Shown here piece after piece: positions 7,819-16,713 of a DNA stretch of 19,971 bases. Each line of letters opens with the position of its first letter. The stretch's first letter is position 1. The stretch lies in contig JBMFOM010000026.1 in the NCBI GenBank assembly GCA_049969615.1, positions 1 through 19,971 of the forward strand, read 5' to 3'. The position numbers and the translations under genes are program-made. The DNA comes from a candidate division WOR-3 bacterium. Lineage in GTDB: Bacteria; Hydrothermota; Hydrothermia; JBDRYB01. The notes below the pieces were generated by a model. That model did no database searches, was not told the origin of the DNA, and worked only from the letters and a program-made list of their open reading frames with translations.

Positions 7819-9454
7819 TCCCACGAGATCACTCGTCATATTCCTGTCCCTCGGCCTCGCTCACGCCCAGGCCTGGCTTTCCTATCCCCGGCTCGCTAGG
7901 CCGGCGCTGGCGGTTCCAGGAGACACCATCCAGGTGGTCTTCAAGACCCCCGGCCCTTCCTCACCCCTTTATCTGACCCTTCTCTCCGAGTTCGGAAACA
8001 TCCCCGTCGCGCACGATGATCCCCAAACCCAAGACACCCTCTATGTGGCCAACGCTTTTGTTCCCCTGGGTTCCGAGCTTGGCCTTTATTCTCTCGTCAT
8101 CAACCTCCCGGCCGGCTCAGACACCCAGCCAAACGCCGTGATGATCTACGGGGTCTGGAGAGACACAGTCCGGTTCCTCCACTTCACTGATATGCACATC
8201 GGAAACTCAGCACGCGAGAGCCAAAACTGTGCCCGCGCTGTACGGGAGGCTAACCTGATTAACCCGGATTTCGTGATAATAACCGGTGACATAGCCGAGA
8301 AGGGCCAGGTGGCCGAATCGCCCGGATGGTATCAGGAATTCCTGGGCATAACAGCTGGTCTCCGGGTTCCGGCCTTTGTGGTCTCCGGCAACCACGACTG
8401 GTACAACTGGATGTATGTTGGAAACGAGGAGACGAATTACCTGCGGATAGTAAATCCTTATCCCGATTATTCCTTCAGCTACGGTTCCCTTCTTCACATG
8501 CTTTGCCTTGACACTGGCCCGGACAACATCTATTTTGATTTTGACTCATATTGCTACGGGTTCACTCCATCCCAACTTTCTTACATAGGCCAGGAGCTAT
8601 CCCAACACCAGGCTTACCCCCTCTTGTTCGCCATGATGCACGGCCCGGTCATTGACAGGGACGACAACGATGATTCCAACAAGAACGGTAAAGCGGAGTT
8701 CATATCCCTCGCGTTGGCATACGGACTTGACATTGCCATAGCTGGGCACACCCACGAGGACAGGCTTTTTCTCTCTGATGGCACATGGGTCCAGGGAGAC
8801 ATGCCCGATCCCATGCCGGAGACCCCTTATTTCATTCAAACCACGACAACATGCAAGGCTGATCCCGGCGCGGTCGGATACAGGTTCGTTTCCGGAGACG
8901 CGGATGGCGTGATTGAGTTCACCGAGAGCGGCTCAGCAGACCGCCCGCTCAGGCTGTATAACCTTGAGGAGGCCTATTATTACAATCCGGATAGCACATC
9001 ATGCGCTGTTGTCATAACGAACGCGAACCCCAGGTGTTTTTATGATGGAAGGGTGTGGCCCCGCATGAAGCCTGGCCAGCAATACGAGGTATCCGGCCCA
9101 GGATACATGGTAAGGCAGGCGCCTTCTGGCCTCTGTGAAATAGCGGTTGATAGCATTCTATATGGCACGACCGTTCTCTACATAAACACGGTTGGGATTT
9201 CGGAGACGGTTGCCGGAATACACCCAGGCCTCATGCAGAGGGACGGGATTTTGTGGGCGTTCCCCGGAAGGGGAACGTCCGCGTCCTGCGAGGTCTATGA
9301 CGGGGCTGGCAGGCTCGTGAGGGTTCTTTTCCGAGGAACCTGGGATAAACCCATGGGTTTTGACCTCAGACAATTCGCACCCGGCATCTACATCGCTGTC
9401 CTCAGAGTGGATGGCGATGTGATGAGCGCGACGAGGATCTTTGTGATGAGATGA
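7811..9454 (+). CDS. Secreted calcineurin-like metallophosphoesterase with T9SS-type C-terminal domain
   Basis: Signal peptide ending AHA|Q. Motifs DMH, TGDI, GNHD, H and GHTH. C-terminal YDGAGR...PGIY. Confidence 0.85.
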   Translation: MISPTRSLVIFLSLGLAHAQAWLSYPRLARPALAVPGDTIQVVFKTPGPSSPLYLTLLSEFGNIPVAHDDPQTQDTLYVANAFVPLGSELGLYSLVINLPAGSDTQPNAVMIYGVWRDTVRFLHFTDMHIGNSARESQNCARAVREANLINPDFVIITGDIAEKGQVAESPGWYQEFLGITAGLRVPAFVVSGNHDWYNWMYVGNEETNYLRIVNPYPDYSFSYGSLLHMLCLDTGPDNIYFDFDSYCYGFTPSQLSYIGQELSQHQAYPLLFAMMHGPVIDRDDNDDSNKNGKAEFISLALAYGLDIAIAGHTHEDRLFLSDGTWVQGDMPDPMPETPYFIQTTTTCKADPGAVGYRFVSGDADGVIEFTESGSADRPLRLYNLEEAYYYNPDSTSCAVVITNANPRCFYDGRVWPRMKPGQQYEVSGPGYMVRQAPSGLCEIAVDSILYGTTVLYINTVGISETVAGIHPGLMQRDGILWAFPGRGTSASCEVYDGAGRLVRVLFRGTWDKPMGFDLRQFAPGIYIAVLRVDGDVMSATRIFVMR

Positions 9455-10347
9455 ACTACATATTCTTTGGTTCGGGCGATTTTGCGGCTGAGCTCCTTTA
9501 TGCCCTGGTCATAAGGCGCATACTGCCAGAACTCGTCATATCAACCCCGGACAAACCCCACGGCCGCGGCCTCCGGGTGACCCCAGGCCCTGTGGCCAAG
9601 CTCTGCAAGACGCTGGGTCTCCCATTGCTTCAGCCCGAAAAGGTCAACTCCTTGGATTTCGTTTCGGGCCTCCCGGTTCCAGATTTCATCCTCGTATCTG
9701 ACTTTGGCAGGATACTGAAGAGACCGCTCCTGGAACTGCCGCGGATCGCTCCCCTCAACCTTCACCCATCGCCCCTGCCGGCCTGGCGAGGCGCCGCCCC
9801 CCTTGAAAGGTCAATCATGGCGGGCGGACCGTATGGCCTGACCGTTTTTGTTATGGACGAAGGCATGGACACCGGCCCCGTGGTTCTACAGGATGTAATA
9901 GATGAGATTTTGCCGCCATATCCCACAAAGGCCGACCTCGTTGAATGCCTCATCTCCAAGGCCCCACATCTCATAGAGGAGACGTTTGAGGGCCTTCTTA
10001 ACGGGAGCCTCAAACCCGTCCCCCAGGAGGGCGAGCCCTCATACGCTCCAAAGATAGAGAAATCCGAGCTCTGGCCTGACTGGAAAGCAGCTTCCATCCG
10101 TGTTGCCAGGCACATCAACGCCCTCTCGCCCAAACCCGGCGCGAGGATCATGTTCCGGGGAAAGCTCCTCAAGCTCTTGAGAGCCTTCCCTGACTATCAC
10201 ATCAAGGCCAAGCCAGGCGAGATAATTCTCGGGGACAAATACCTAATGATCGGTTGTTCGGATGGGTTGGTCTGCATAGGGGAACTTCAGCTGGAGGGCA
10301 GGAAACCCATGTTGGCCTACAATTTCATGCAGGGTCTCAGGCCATGA
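9451..10347 (+). CDS. fmt: Methionyl-tRNA formyltransferase
   Basis: FFGSGDFA, PDKPHGRG, NLHPSPLPAWRGAAP, MDEGMDTG, YAPKIEK, LQLEGRKPM. Confidence 0.95.
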   Translation: MNYIFFGSGDFAAELLYALVIRRILPELVISTPDKPHGRGLRVTPGPVAKLCKTLGLPLLQPEKVNSLDFVSGLPVPDFILVSDFGRILKRPLLELPRIAPLNLHPSPLPAWRGAAPLERSIMAGGPYGLTVFVMDEGMDTGPVVLQDVIDEILPPYPTKADLVECLISKAPHLIEETFEGLLNGSLKPVPQEGEPSYAPKIEKSELWPDWKAASIRVARHINALSPKPGARIMFRGKLLKLLRAFPDYHIKAKPGEIILGDKYLMIGCSDGLVCIGELQLEGRKPMLAYNFMQGLRP

Positions 10348-11111
10348 GAAGGCTCAGCCAGGTTTTTCTCAGGGACAGGACATACATAGACAGGATCATC
10401 TCGGAGGTTTCGCCCCAGCCGGGCGATCTCTTTCTTGAGGTAGGCCCGGGCCATGGCGCGCTTACCAGACCACTCTTGGAGCGTGGCGCGAGCATTGTGG
10501 CAATAGAGCTTGACCTTTTGCTCCTTGATAGGCTCAGGGAAGAGCTCGCCGCAACATCCGGGGAGCGCTTTGTGCCGGTCCACGGAAACTACCTTCGCCT
10601 GCCCATCAAACCTCTCCTGCCGAGGGTTCCGGTTCGGTTCATATCCAACCTGCCATACCACATATCAACTCCAGCGCTGGAAAAGATGGTTGAGGAGGCA
10701 AATCTCTACCAGGACGCGCACCTCATGCTTCAGAAGGAGGTCGCGGAGAGGATATGCGCGGCCCCAGGAACAAAACAATATGGCTACACCTCTGTTCTGG
10801 TGAGGCTCAGGTATGACCCCGCCATACTCCTTCACATCTCGCCGATGGCGTTCTCTCCGATTCCGAGGGTGATAAGCGTTTTTGTCAGATTGAATAGGAT
10901 CAACGAGGATGTTCAGGACGGTGTAATCCTCAAGGCCGCGGATATCGCGAGGCGCGCTTTTCGTTTCAGGAGGAGAACCATCAGGAATTCCCTGAGGCCA
11001 GCGCTGAGAGAAAGGGTTGATGAGGTCCTTGAGAGGGCTGGCATCAGCCCAGAAAAGAGGGCAGACCAACTCTTGCCTGAGGAATACCTGGAGATAGCCA
11101 GAACCACTTAG
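10344..11111 (+). CDS. rsmA: 16S rRNA m6,2A1518/1519 dimethyltransferase RsmA/KsgA
   Basis: LSQVFL, LEVGPGHGALT, SNLPYHIS, MLQKEVAERI, F.FRRRTIRNSL. Start placed at ATG 10344, an ATGA overlap with the fmt stop. Confidence 0.95.
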   Translation: MRRLSQVFLRDRTYIDRIISEVSPQPGDLFLEVGPGHGALTRPLLERGASIVAIELDLLLLDRLREELAATSGERFVPVHGNYLRLPIKPLLPRVPVRFISNLPYHISTPALEKMVEEANLYQDAHLMLQKEVAERICAAPGTKQYGYTSVLVRLRYDPAILLHISPMAFSPIPRVISVFVRLNRINEDVQDGVILKAADIARRAFRFRRRTIRNSLRPALRERVDEVLERAGISPEKRADQLLPEEYLEIARTT

Positions 11112-11129
11112 AGAAACCGGGCCCGGACA

Positions 11130-11159
11130 AGCTTTATAATTTTCCCGGCCAAAAGGAGG
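11130..11159 (+). promoter_or_regulatory. -10 element TATAAT and AGGAGG RBS
   Basis: TATAAT at 11135-11140 preceded by AGCTT. AGGAGG at 11154-11159. No clear -35. Confidence 0.5.
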
Positions 11160-11166
11160 CTTAATC

Positions 11167-12144
11167 GTGAAAAGGCTACTGATAGTCGTAGCAACGCTGG
11201 GACTGGCATGGACGCAGTCCCCGAGTGAGTATATGGGCATGGTGCTAGGCCAGACCGCCACATTTCGGGGTAGATGGGTCCAGTGGGATGGCGTTGACTC
11301 AATAAAGACAACCACGGTTGACACGGAGTCTGTCGCTGACACATTCCAATACAACGGACACAGCGCCCTTGGCGTCTGGACAGCGCATCACATGACCGGG
11401 GACTCTGTTTCCGACACAAGCTATGTTGATACCTTCTATAACAATGCCCCCTGGCTCATGGGAAGGCTCCACATAGGCGATAGCGTGGTGGACGCCTACC
11501 TTGCGCGAACCCCTTTTACCATAGGGGACAAATGGTCTCTCGGGACAGAGGGTAAGTACACGGACGACTTTGATGGTGATGGTTCACCGGACAGCATTTT
11601 GGTAAGGGTAGACACCATCTTCGTGGAGGATACCGAGACCGTCATCGTGCCCGCCGGTTCTTTCCAGGCATACCGGCTACGCAGGGAGGCATCCGCCCTG
11701 GTTTTTTACTTCAGCCTCCCGATGGTAGATTCCGCGACCCTCACTGGCACGACATATTTCTGGTGGTCTCCGGGGAACTGGGGCGTGAAGGATACCAGTC
11801 ACAACGAGACAGTGGTTTATATCTTCGGGACACCCTACACCATAACCGAGGATGAATGGCGGGAGCTCACCAGTCTCGTGGGGGTTGAGGAGGTCGGTCG
11901 CCAGAAACCCGTGAGCCTCATCTCATCCTCTGTTTCCCCCGACAAGTTCCTTCTCTCTAGGCCAGAATCAGGCCTTCTGGAGGTCTCCATGTATGACCCT
12001 GCTGGCCGTTTGGCCATGAGGTGTTCCTCGGATAAAGGTTCCCGTATGATCCTTGACGCGAGCGCCCTGAGACCGGGTGTTTATTTCATGAGGGCAAGGC
12101 TTGATGGCACGGAGGTTATGGCGGAGAAGGTCGTGAAGAGGTAG
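11167..12144 (+). CDS. Secreted protein of unknown function with T9SS-type C-terminal domain
   Basis: GTG start with AGGAGG. Signal peptide MKRLL...AWT|Q. DFDGDG Ca-binding-like loop and VPAGSF motif. C-terminal VGVEE...YDPAGR...PGVYF. Confidence 0.8.
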   Translation: MKRLLIVVATLGLAWTQSPSEYMGMVLGQTATFRGRWVQWDGVDSIKTTTVDTESVADTFQYNGHSALGVWTAHHMTGDSVSDTSYVDTFYNNAPWLMGRLHIGDSVVDAYLARTPFTIGDKWSLGTEGKYTDDFDGDGSPDSILVRVDTIFVEDTETVIVPAGSFQAYRLRREASALVFYFSLPMVDSATLTGTTYFWWSPGNWGVKDTSHNETVVYIFGTPYTITEDEWRELTSLVGVEEVGRQKPVSLISSSVSPDKFLLSRPESGLLEVSMYDPAGRLAMRCSSDKGSRMILDASALRPGVYFMRARLDGTEVMAEKVVKR

Positions 12145-12177
12145 GACGAGGATCCGAATCTGGTTCCAACGGCGAAA

Positions 12178-12209
12178 AACCATAGCCGGACGTCCGGCCT
12201 CTTATGGTT
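12178..12209. terminator. Hairpin between convergent genes, possible bidirectional terminator
   Basis: Perfect palindrome GCCGGACGTCCGGC (12185-12198) extended by AACCATA (12178-12184) / TATGGTT (12203-12209). A short U tract follows on the - strand. Confidence 0.45.
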
Positions 12210-12735
12210 ATTCCTCCCAGGTGGTTATTGAGTGGTAGTAGATCCGGTCGTTGTCATCAAGCCCGCGCTCTATCTCGGTGATATGGGCTGTCCCCGCGCC
12301 AAAAGCCGAAAGCACATACATCACCGCGTCCATTGGCTTAGTGTGACTCCCGCAGGTGTAGATGTCCAAAGCGGCATAGCCCCTCTCAGGCCAGGTGTGG
12401 ACCGAGAGATGGGATTCAGAGATGACCACGACGCCGGAGACGCCGTTGGGCGGGAACCTGTGAACCGAGACACCCCAGACCTGCGCGCCCGCGCGGGCTG
12501 CGGCCTCCAAGAGTATTGCCTGGACGCGATCAACCGAGCCTATGACATCCGGAGAGCATCCCGAACACTCCACCACATACTGTATTCCGAGGGTACCGTG
12601 CGATGAGTGCTCGCCGACTTCGGCATTGGTTGGTCTGGGCGCATCGTTACCATTGCCGAGGCTCGTTGGAATGCTGGGCTTGCTCGGACGCTGAAATGGT
12701 TTTTTTCGGCCTGGGTTAGTCCTTTTCCTTATCAA
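12208..12735 (-). CDS. speD: S-adenosylmethionine decarboxylase proenzyme family (class 1B, pyruvoyl-dependent)
   Basis: GVSGVVVISE|SHLSVHTWPE autocleavage motif and YAALDIYTCG. The TTG start with upstream GGAGG is tentative. Confidence 0.88.
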   Translation of the reverse strand: MIRKRTNPGRKKPFQRPSKPSIPTSLGNGNDAPRPTNAEVGEHSSHGTLGIQYVVECSGCSPDVIGSVDRVQAILLEAAARAGAQVWGVSVHRFPPNGVSGVVVISESHLSVHTWPERGYAALDIYTCGSHTKPMDAVMYVLSAFGAGTAHITEIERGLDDNDRIYYHSITTWEE

Positions 12736-13270
12736 CTCCCCCCTCCAAGGCTTTCTTGTGGGAGACTACGCTTCCTTTTTTTGATACCTTGAGCAGTCTA
12801 ACCGGTATCTCCCTTCCGAGCATATCCCGTGCCTGGCTCTCAGGTATTGTGGTGTGGGACGATGGCAGAAAAGCCTTTATGCCCATTATGTCCACCAGGA
12901 GGCCGCCCTTGACCACGCTTCTCAGGGTAGCGTTGATTACGCTTCCGTTGTTCATTGCTTCTTTCAGGATGTTGAGGGTCTTCTCAACCTCATTTCTATC
13001 GCGGACCGGCCTCAATTTTATTTCCTTGCTCACATAATCAGCCACTGTTATCCTGGCCTCGGTCTCGTGTCCCTCAGCGAGATCGCGATCGTAGCAGTGA
13101 AGGAATCCGGTCAAACCCCAGGGCAGTTCAACCATGTATCCGCCCCTGACCGGTTTCATTACCTGAACCTTTATCACCTGGCCCTGGTCCTTGGCCGCGA
13201 AGACCTCGCCCCAGAGCTGCGCTCTTCTCATTATGGATTCGGGGGAACGACTTTCGGGTTTGGTTGACAT
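12716..13270 (-). CDS. Protein with two S1 RNA-binding domains (184 aa)
   Basis: VRGGYMVEL..GLTGFL and VKGGLLVDIMGIKAFLPSSH...VVSHK S1 motifs. Start at ATG 13270 (TGATG overlap with nuoF, GGAGGA RBS). Confidence 0.82.
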   Translation of the reverse strand: MSTKPESRSPESIMRRAQLWGEVFAAKDQGQVIKVQVMKPVRGGYMVELPWGLTGFLHCYDRDLAEGHETEARITVADYVSKEIKLRPVRDRNEVEKTLNILKEAMNNGSVINATLRSVVKGGLLVDIMGIKAFLPSSHTTIPESQARDMLGREIPVRLLKVSKKGSVVSHKKALEGGVDKEKD

Positions 13271-14493
13271 CAGAGTTCCTCCGCGTATTTGCTCACAAAG
13301 GCCCCTGCCACTGCGACGGCTCCCTCGCCGAGTGGGCAGAAGCATTTACCACGCATGCCTTCAATTACATGATTTATCAGGTTCAACCTTCCGTTCTTTT
13401 TCCCGTTCTCTATCTCCCTGAAGAGCCTGGCCAGCCATGTTGAGCCTTCCCTGCAGGGAGTGCATTTGCCGCAGGATTCGTGCGCCAAGAACTCAAGAGA
13501 CCTCCTTGCAACAGCGGCGATGGGTACCGCGTTGTTGACTACTATGACAGCTCCTGAACCGAGCAGTGATCCAGCCTTCTGTATGTCCTCGTATGTCAGC
13601 TTCACATCCAGCTCATCTGCTCTAAGGATTGGCGTGGAGAGGCCTCCGGGTATGACGCCCACGAGCTTACCGTTGACGCCGCCGGCGTATTCCTCAATCA
13701 GCTCCCTGAGCGTAATGTCCCCGAACTTGAACTCATAGACGCCTGGCTTCTTGACCCCGCCGGACACTGTGAATATCTTTGTTCCCGCGCTGTCCTTCGT
13801 GCCCATGGACCTATACCACTCCGGGCCCTTTTCTATGATGAACGGCACATTGGACAAAGTCTCCACATTATTGACCACCGTGGGCATCCCATAGACGCCG
13901 TGCGAAACCGGATATGGCGGCCTTAGCCTAGGATGGCCTCTCTTTCCCTCCAGGGATTCTATGAGAGCGGTTTCCTCTCCGCATATATAGGCTCCACCGC
14001 CGGAATAAACCTGCACGCGGAAAGAGAAATCGCTTCCCATTACCTTTTCCCCGAGGTATCCCTGTTTCTCGGCTTCGGCTATGGCAGACCTGAGAACACC
14101 CTGCGCGCCCGGATACTCGGCCCTCACATAGATGAAACCCCTGCCGGCGCCTATAGCCCTGGCCGCTATGAGCATTCCCTCAAGGAGAAGGTGCGGGTAT
14201 TTCTCAACTATCTCTCTGTCCTTGAAGGTCCCCGGTTCGCCCTCGTCGCAATTAGCCACAACGAAACGCGGCCTGGGGTCATCCTTTGGAACAAAATCCC
14301 ACTTCATACCGGTCGGGAATGCGGCGCCTCCCCTTCCCCTGAGCCCGGATGCCTTTACCGCGTCTATGATCTCCTGCGGCTTCATCGCGAGGGCCTTTTT
14401 CGCGGCCTGGTAGCCGCCTTGATCCAGGTAAAACTTGAGGCTCGCGGAGTCTTTCTTGCCGATATGTTCCAGAATTATCCGGGTCTCAGGCAT
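13270..14493 (-). CDS. nuoF: NADH-quinone oxidoreductase subunit F
   Basis: SGLRGRGGAAFPTGMKW, DEGEPGTFKDR, YICGEETALIESLEG, ESCGKCTPCREG...CPLG. Confidence 0.95.
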   Translation of the reverse strand: MPETRIILEHIGKKDSASLKFYLDQGGYQAAKKALAMKPQEIIDAVKASGLRGRGGAAFPTGMKWDFVPKDDPRPRFVVANCDEGEPGTFKDREIVEKYPHLLLEGMLIAARAIGAGRGFIYVRAEYPGAQGVLRSAIAEAEKQGYLGEKVMGSDFSFRVQVYSGGGAYICGEETALIESLEGKRGHPRLRPPYPVSHGVYGMPTVVNNVETLSNVPFIIEKGPEWYRSMGTKDSAGTKIFTVSGGVKKPGVYEFKFGDITLRELIEEYAGGVNGKLVGVIPGGLSTPILRADELDVKLTYEDIQKAGSLLGSGAVIVVNNAVPIAAVARRSLEFLAHESCGKCTPCREGSTWLARLFREIENGKKNGRLNLINHVIEGMRGKCFCPLGEGAVAVAGAFVSKYAEEL

Positions 14494-14965
14494 TTCCGGC
14501 CTCCTTTCTGAGTTTCTCCAGGAGCTGGCTCAACTTTTCCCGTGTGTTCAGCGGGCCAACCCTCTCACCATTCAAGAGCACTGCCGGCGCCATATCGCAA
14601 GCTCCTATGCACTCGGCCTCCTCGTATGAGAAAAGCCCATCCTCGGTTACCCTACCCGGTTCCGTGCCGAGGAGCTCCTTCATCCATCCGAATAGGTCAT
14701 AAGCCCCGCAGAGCATACATGAGAGGTTCGTGCAGACCAGGAAGTGAAACTTGCCGACGGTCTCCCGTTTTATCAGGTGATAGAAGGACGCCACAGCCTC
14801 AACATGTTCCGGCGCGGTTCCCATCTCCTCCGCGATGGCGACCGCGGCCTCCGGGGTCAGGGCGCCGAAACGGGCCTCTGCCTCATGTATGGCCGGGATA
14901 AGGGCACTCCCCACTGCCGGGAACTCGGCCTTGAATGAACGTATCTTTTCCTTGAATTCGTTCAT
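14486..14965 (-). CDS. nuoE: NADH-quinone oxidoreductase subunit E
   Basis: VASFY and 2Fe-2S ligands CTNLSC...CIGAC..AP. Confidence 0.93.
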   Translation of the reverse strand: MNEFKEKIRSFKAEFPAVGSALIPAIHEAEARFGALTPEAAVAIAEEMGTAPEHVEAVASFYHLIKRETVGKFHFLVCTNLSCMLCGAYDLFGWMKELLGTEPGRVTEDGLFSYEEAECIGACDMAPAVLLNGERVGPLNTREKLSQLLEKLRKEAGNA

Positions 14966-16170
14966 CTGTCAACCTCCCCTAGGACCACATCCAGGGTCCC
15001 TATGAGGGTTATCACATCAGCTATGAGGCCGCCAACGGCCATTTTTTCAAGGGTTTGCAGGTTTATGAAGGTGGAAGCCCTTATGTGAAGCCTGTAGGGC
15101 CTTGATGACCCATCTGACACCACATAGAACCCCAGCTCCCCCTTGGGCGCTTCTATGCTGACGAATACCTCACCCTCTGGGACAGGGAACCCATCAGAAA
15201 CTATCCTGAAGTGGTGTATCAGGTTTTCCATTGAATCATAGACCCTGTCCTTTGGAACCGGGATAACCTTTGGGGCATCAGCGAGCACCGGACCCTTTGG
15301 CAACTGAGCCAGGCACTGCTCCACCATCTTAGCCGATTCCTCCATCTCGTCCATGCGCACGAGATAACGGGCGTAGCTATCGCCCTCCGTATAGACGGGA
15401 ACACGGAAACTGAGCCTGTCATAGGCCAGATACGGCTCGTCCCTGCGCATATCGTGGTCAAGGCCTGAACCCCTGGCCACGGGACCGGTCGCGGACAGAG
15501 CGAGAACATCCTCCTTGCTGAGTAGCCCAACGCCCTGGGTCCTTTTCTTCCATATTATGTTATCCGTTAGCATGGTGTGGAGCTCTGACATGGCCTTTGT
15601 CTTGAAGAAAGCGAGAAAATCGGTCAGCCCTGTTACGAATTCCTGGTTGAGATCAGCCGCTACGCCGCCAACCCTGATGTAGGTGTTGTTCATGCGCTGA
15701 CCCGTCAGTATCTCAAGGAGGTCGTATATCTTCTCGCGCTCCCGGAACCCATAGAACCAGGCTGTCCAAGCCCCCAAGTCCATCGCGTGGGAGGCATACC
15801 ATACCAGGTGGCTCTCAATCCTGGTTAGCTCCGCGAGTATGGTCCGGATGTATTTCGCCCTTTCTGGCACCTCCAGACCGAGGAGCTTCTCCACGGCCAT
15901 CACATAAGCCAGGTTGTTGGTTATTGGGGCCAGATAATCCAGCCTGTCCGTGTATGGGATTACCTGGTGAAAGGTCTTGTGTTCGGCTATCTTCTCCGTT
16001 CCCCTGTGGAGATACCCCGGCACGATCCTCGCCTTCACGACCGTCTCACCATCAAGCCAGAGCTTTATCCGGAGAACCCCGTGGGTCGCTGGGTGCTGGG
16101 GTCCCATGTTAAGCTCAATGACATCGGTCTCAACCCCAACCGAATCCCTGAAGAGAATTTCCTTTTCCAT
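14962..16170 (-). CDS. nuoD: NADH-quinone oxidoreductase subunit D
   Basis: NMGPQHPATHGVLR, GYLHRGTEK, DRLDY, EAPKGELG, D.VLGEVDR. No NiFe CxxC motifs. Confidence 0.97.
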   Translation of the reverse strand: MEKEILFRDSVGVETDVIELNMGPQHPATHGVLRIKLWLDGETVVKARIVPGYLHRGTEKIAEHKTFHQVIPYTDRLDYLAPITNNLAYVMAVEKLLGLEVPERAKYIRTILAELTRIESHLVWYASHAMDLGAWTAWFYGFREREKIYDLLEILTGQRMNNTYIRVGGVAADLNQEFVTGLTDFLAFFKTKAMSELHTMLTDNIIWKKRTQGVGLLSKEDVLALSATGPVARGSGLDHDMRRDEPYLAYDRLSFRVPVYTEGDSYARYLVRMDEMEESAKMVEQCLAQLPKGPVLADAPKVIPVPKDRVYDSMENLIHHFRIVSDGFPVPEGEVFVSIEAPKGELGFYVVSDGSSRPYRLHIRASTFINLQTLEKMAVGGLIADVITLIGTLDVVLGEVDR

Positions 16171-16176
16171 TTTCGC

Positions 16177-16638
16177 CTACCTGTTTTCCGGCAGGGGGAC
16201 ATCCTCCCGCCAGTTGAAGTCTTTCCGAAGTGGCCAGCCGGGGAAATCATCCCAAAGAAGGATGTGTGTGAGCTCAGGGTTGCCCCGAAAATCCACCCCG
16301 AACATCTCCCAGGTCTCGCGCTCCATGAAACCCGCGCCCGGCCATATCTCAACCACGCTGTCTATCGCGCCATCCGTGGGGGCTTTGATCCTTATGCGCA
16401 TGTTCCGTGAATACGAGTGCAGGTGATACACGACCTCAAACCTTGTCTCGCGCTTCCCGAGCCAGTCAACCGCGGTAAGGCTCGTCAGCATCTCAAACCC
16501 CTCTACATCCCTCAGGTAAAGCATCACATCCCTGACCGCCTCCGGCTTGATTATTACCGTGGTTTCTCCGAGCCTCTGATAAGCGTCCAAGACAAACTCG
16601 CCAAACCTGTCCTTTATTGCCTTGACCAGTTCATCCAT
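16177..16638 (-). CDS. nuoC: NADH-quinone oxidoreductase subunit C
   Basis: TAVDW, RFEVVYHL, ERETWEMFGV.F.G.P, PLRKDF. Start at ATG 16638 behind GGAGG (alternative 16650). Confidence 0.95.
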   Translation of the reverse strand: MDELVKAIKDRFGEFVLDAYQRLGETTVIIKPEAVRDVMLYLRDVEGFEMLTSLTAVDWLGKRETRFEVVYHLHSYSRNMRIRIKAPTDGAIDSVVEIWPGAGFMERETWEMFGVDFRGNPELTHILLWDDFPGWPLRKDFNWREDVPLPENR

Positions 16639-16713
16639 GGGAACCTCCATTTCTCGGCCGCCCCCGGCCCAGCTTCAGGGTTTTGCGAGCGAGGATCAGC
16701 AAACAAATTGCCG

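Noticed and set aside
10254..10343. N-terminal extension of RsmA given by the ORF track
   Set aside because: It lies inside fmt. Homology starts at ATG 10344, which forms an ATGA overlap.
13271..13345. N-terminal extension of the S1 protein
   Set aside because: It overlaps nuoF. ATG 13270 has an RBS and TGATG coupling.
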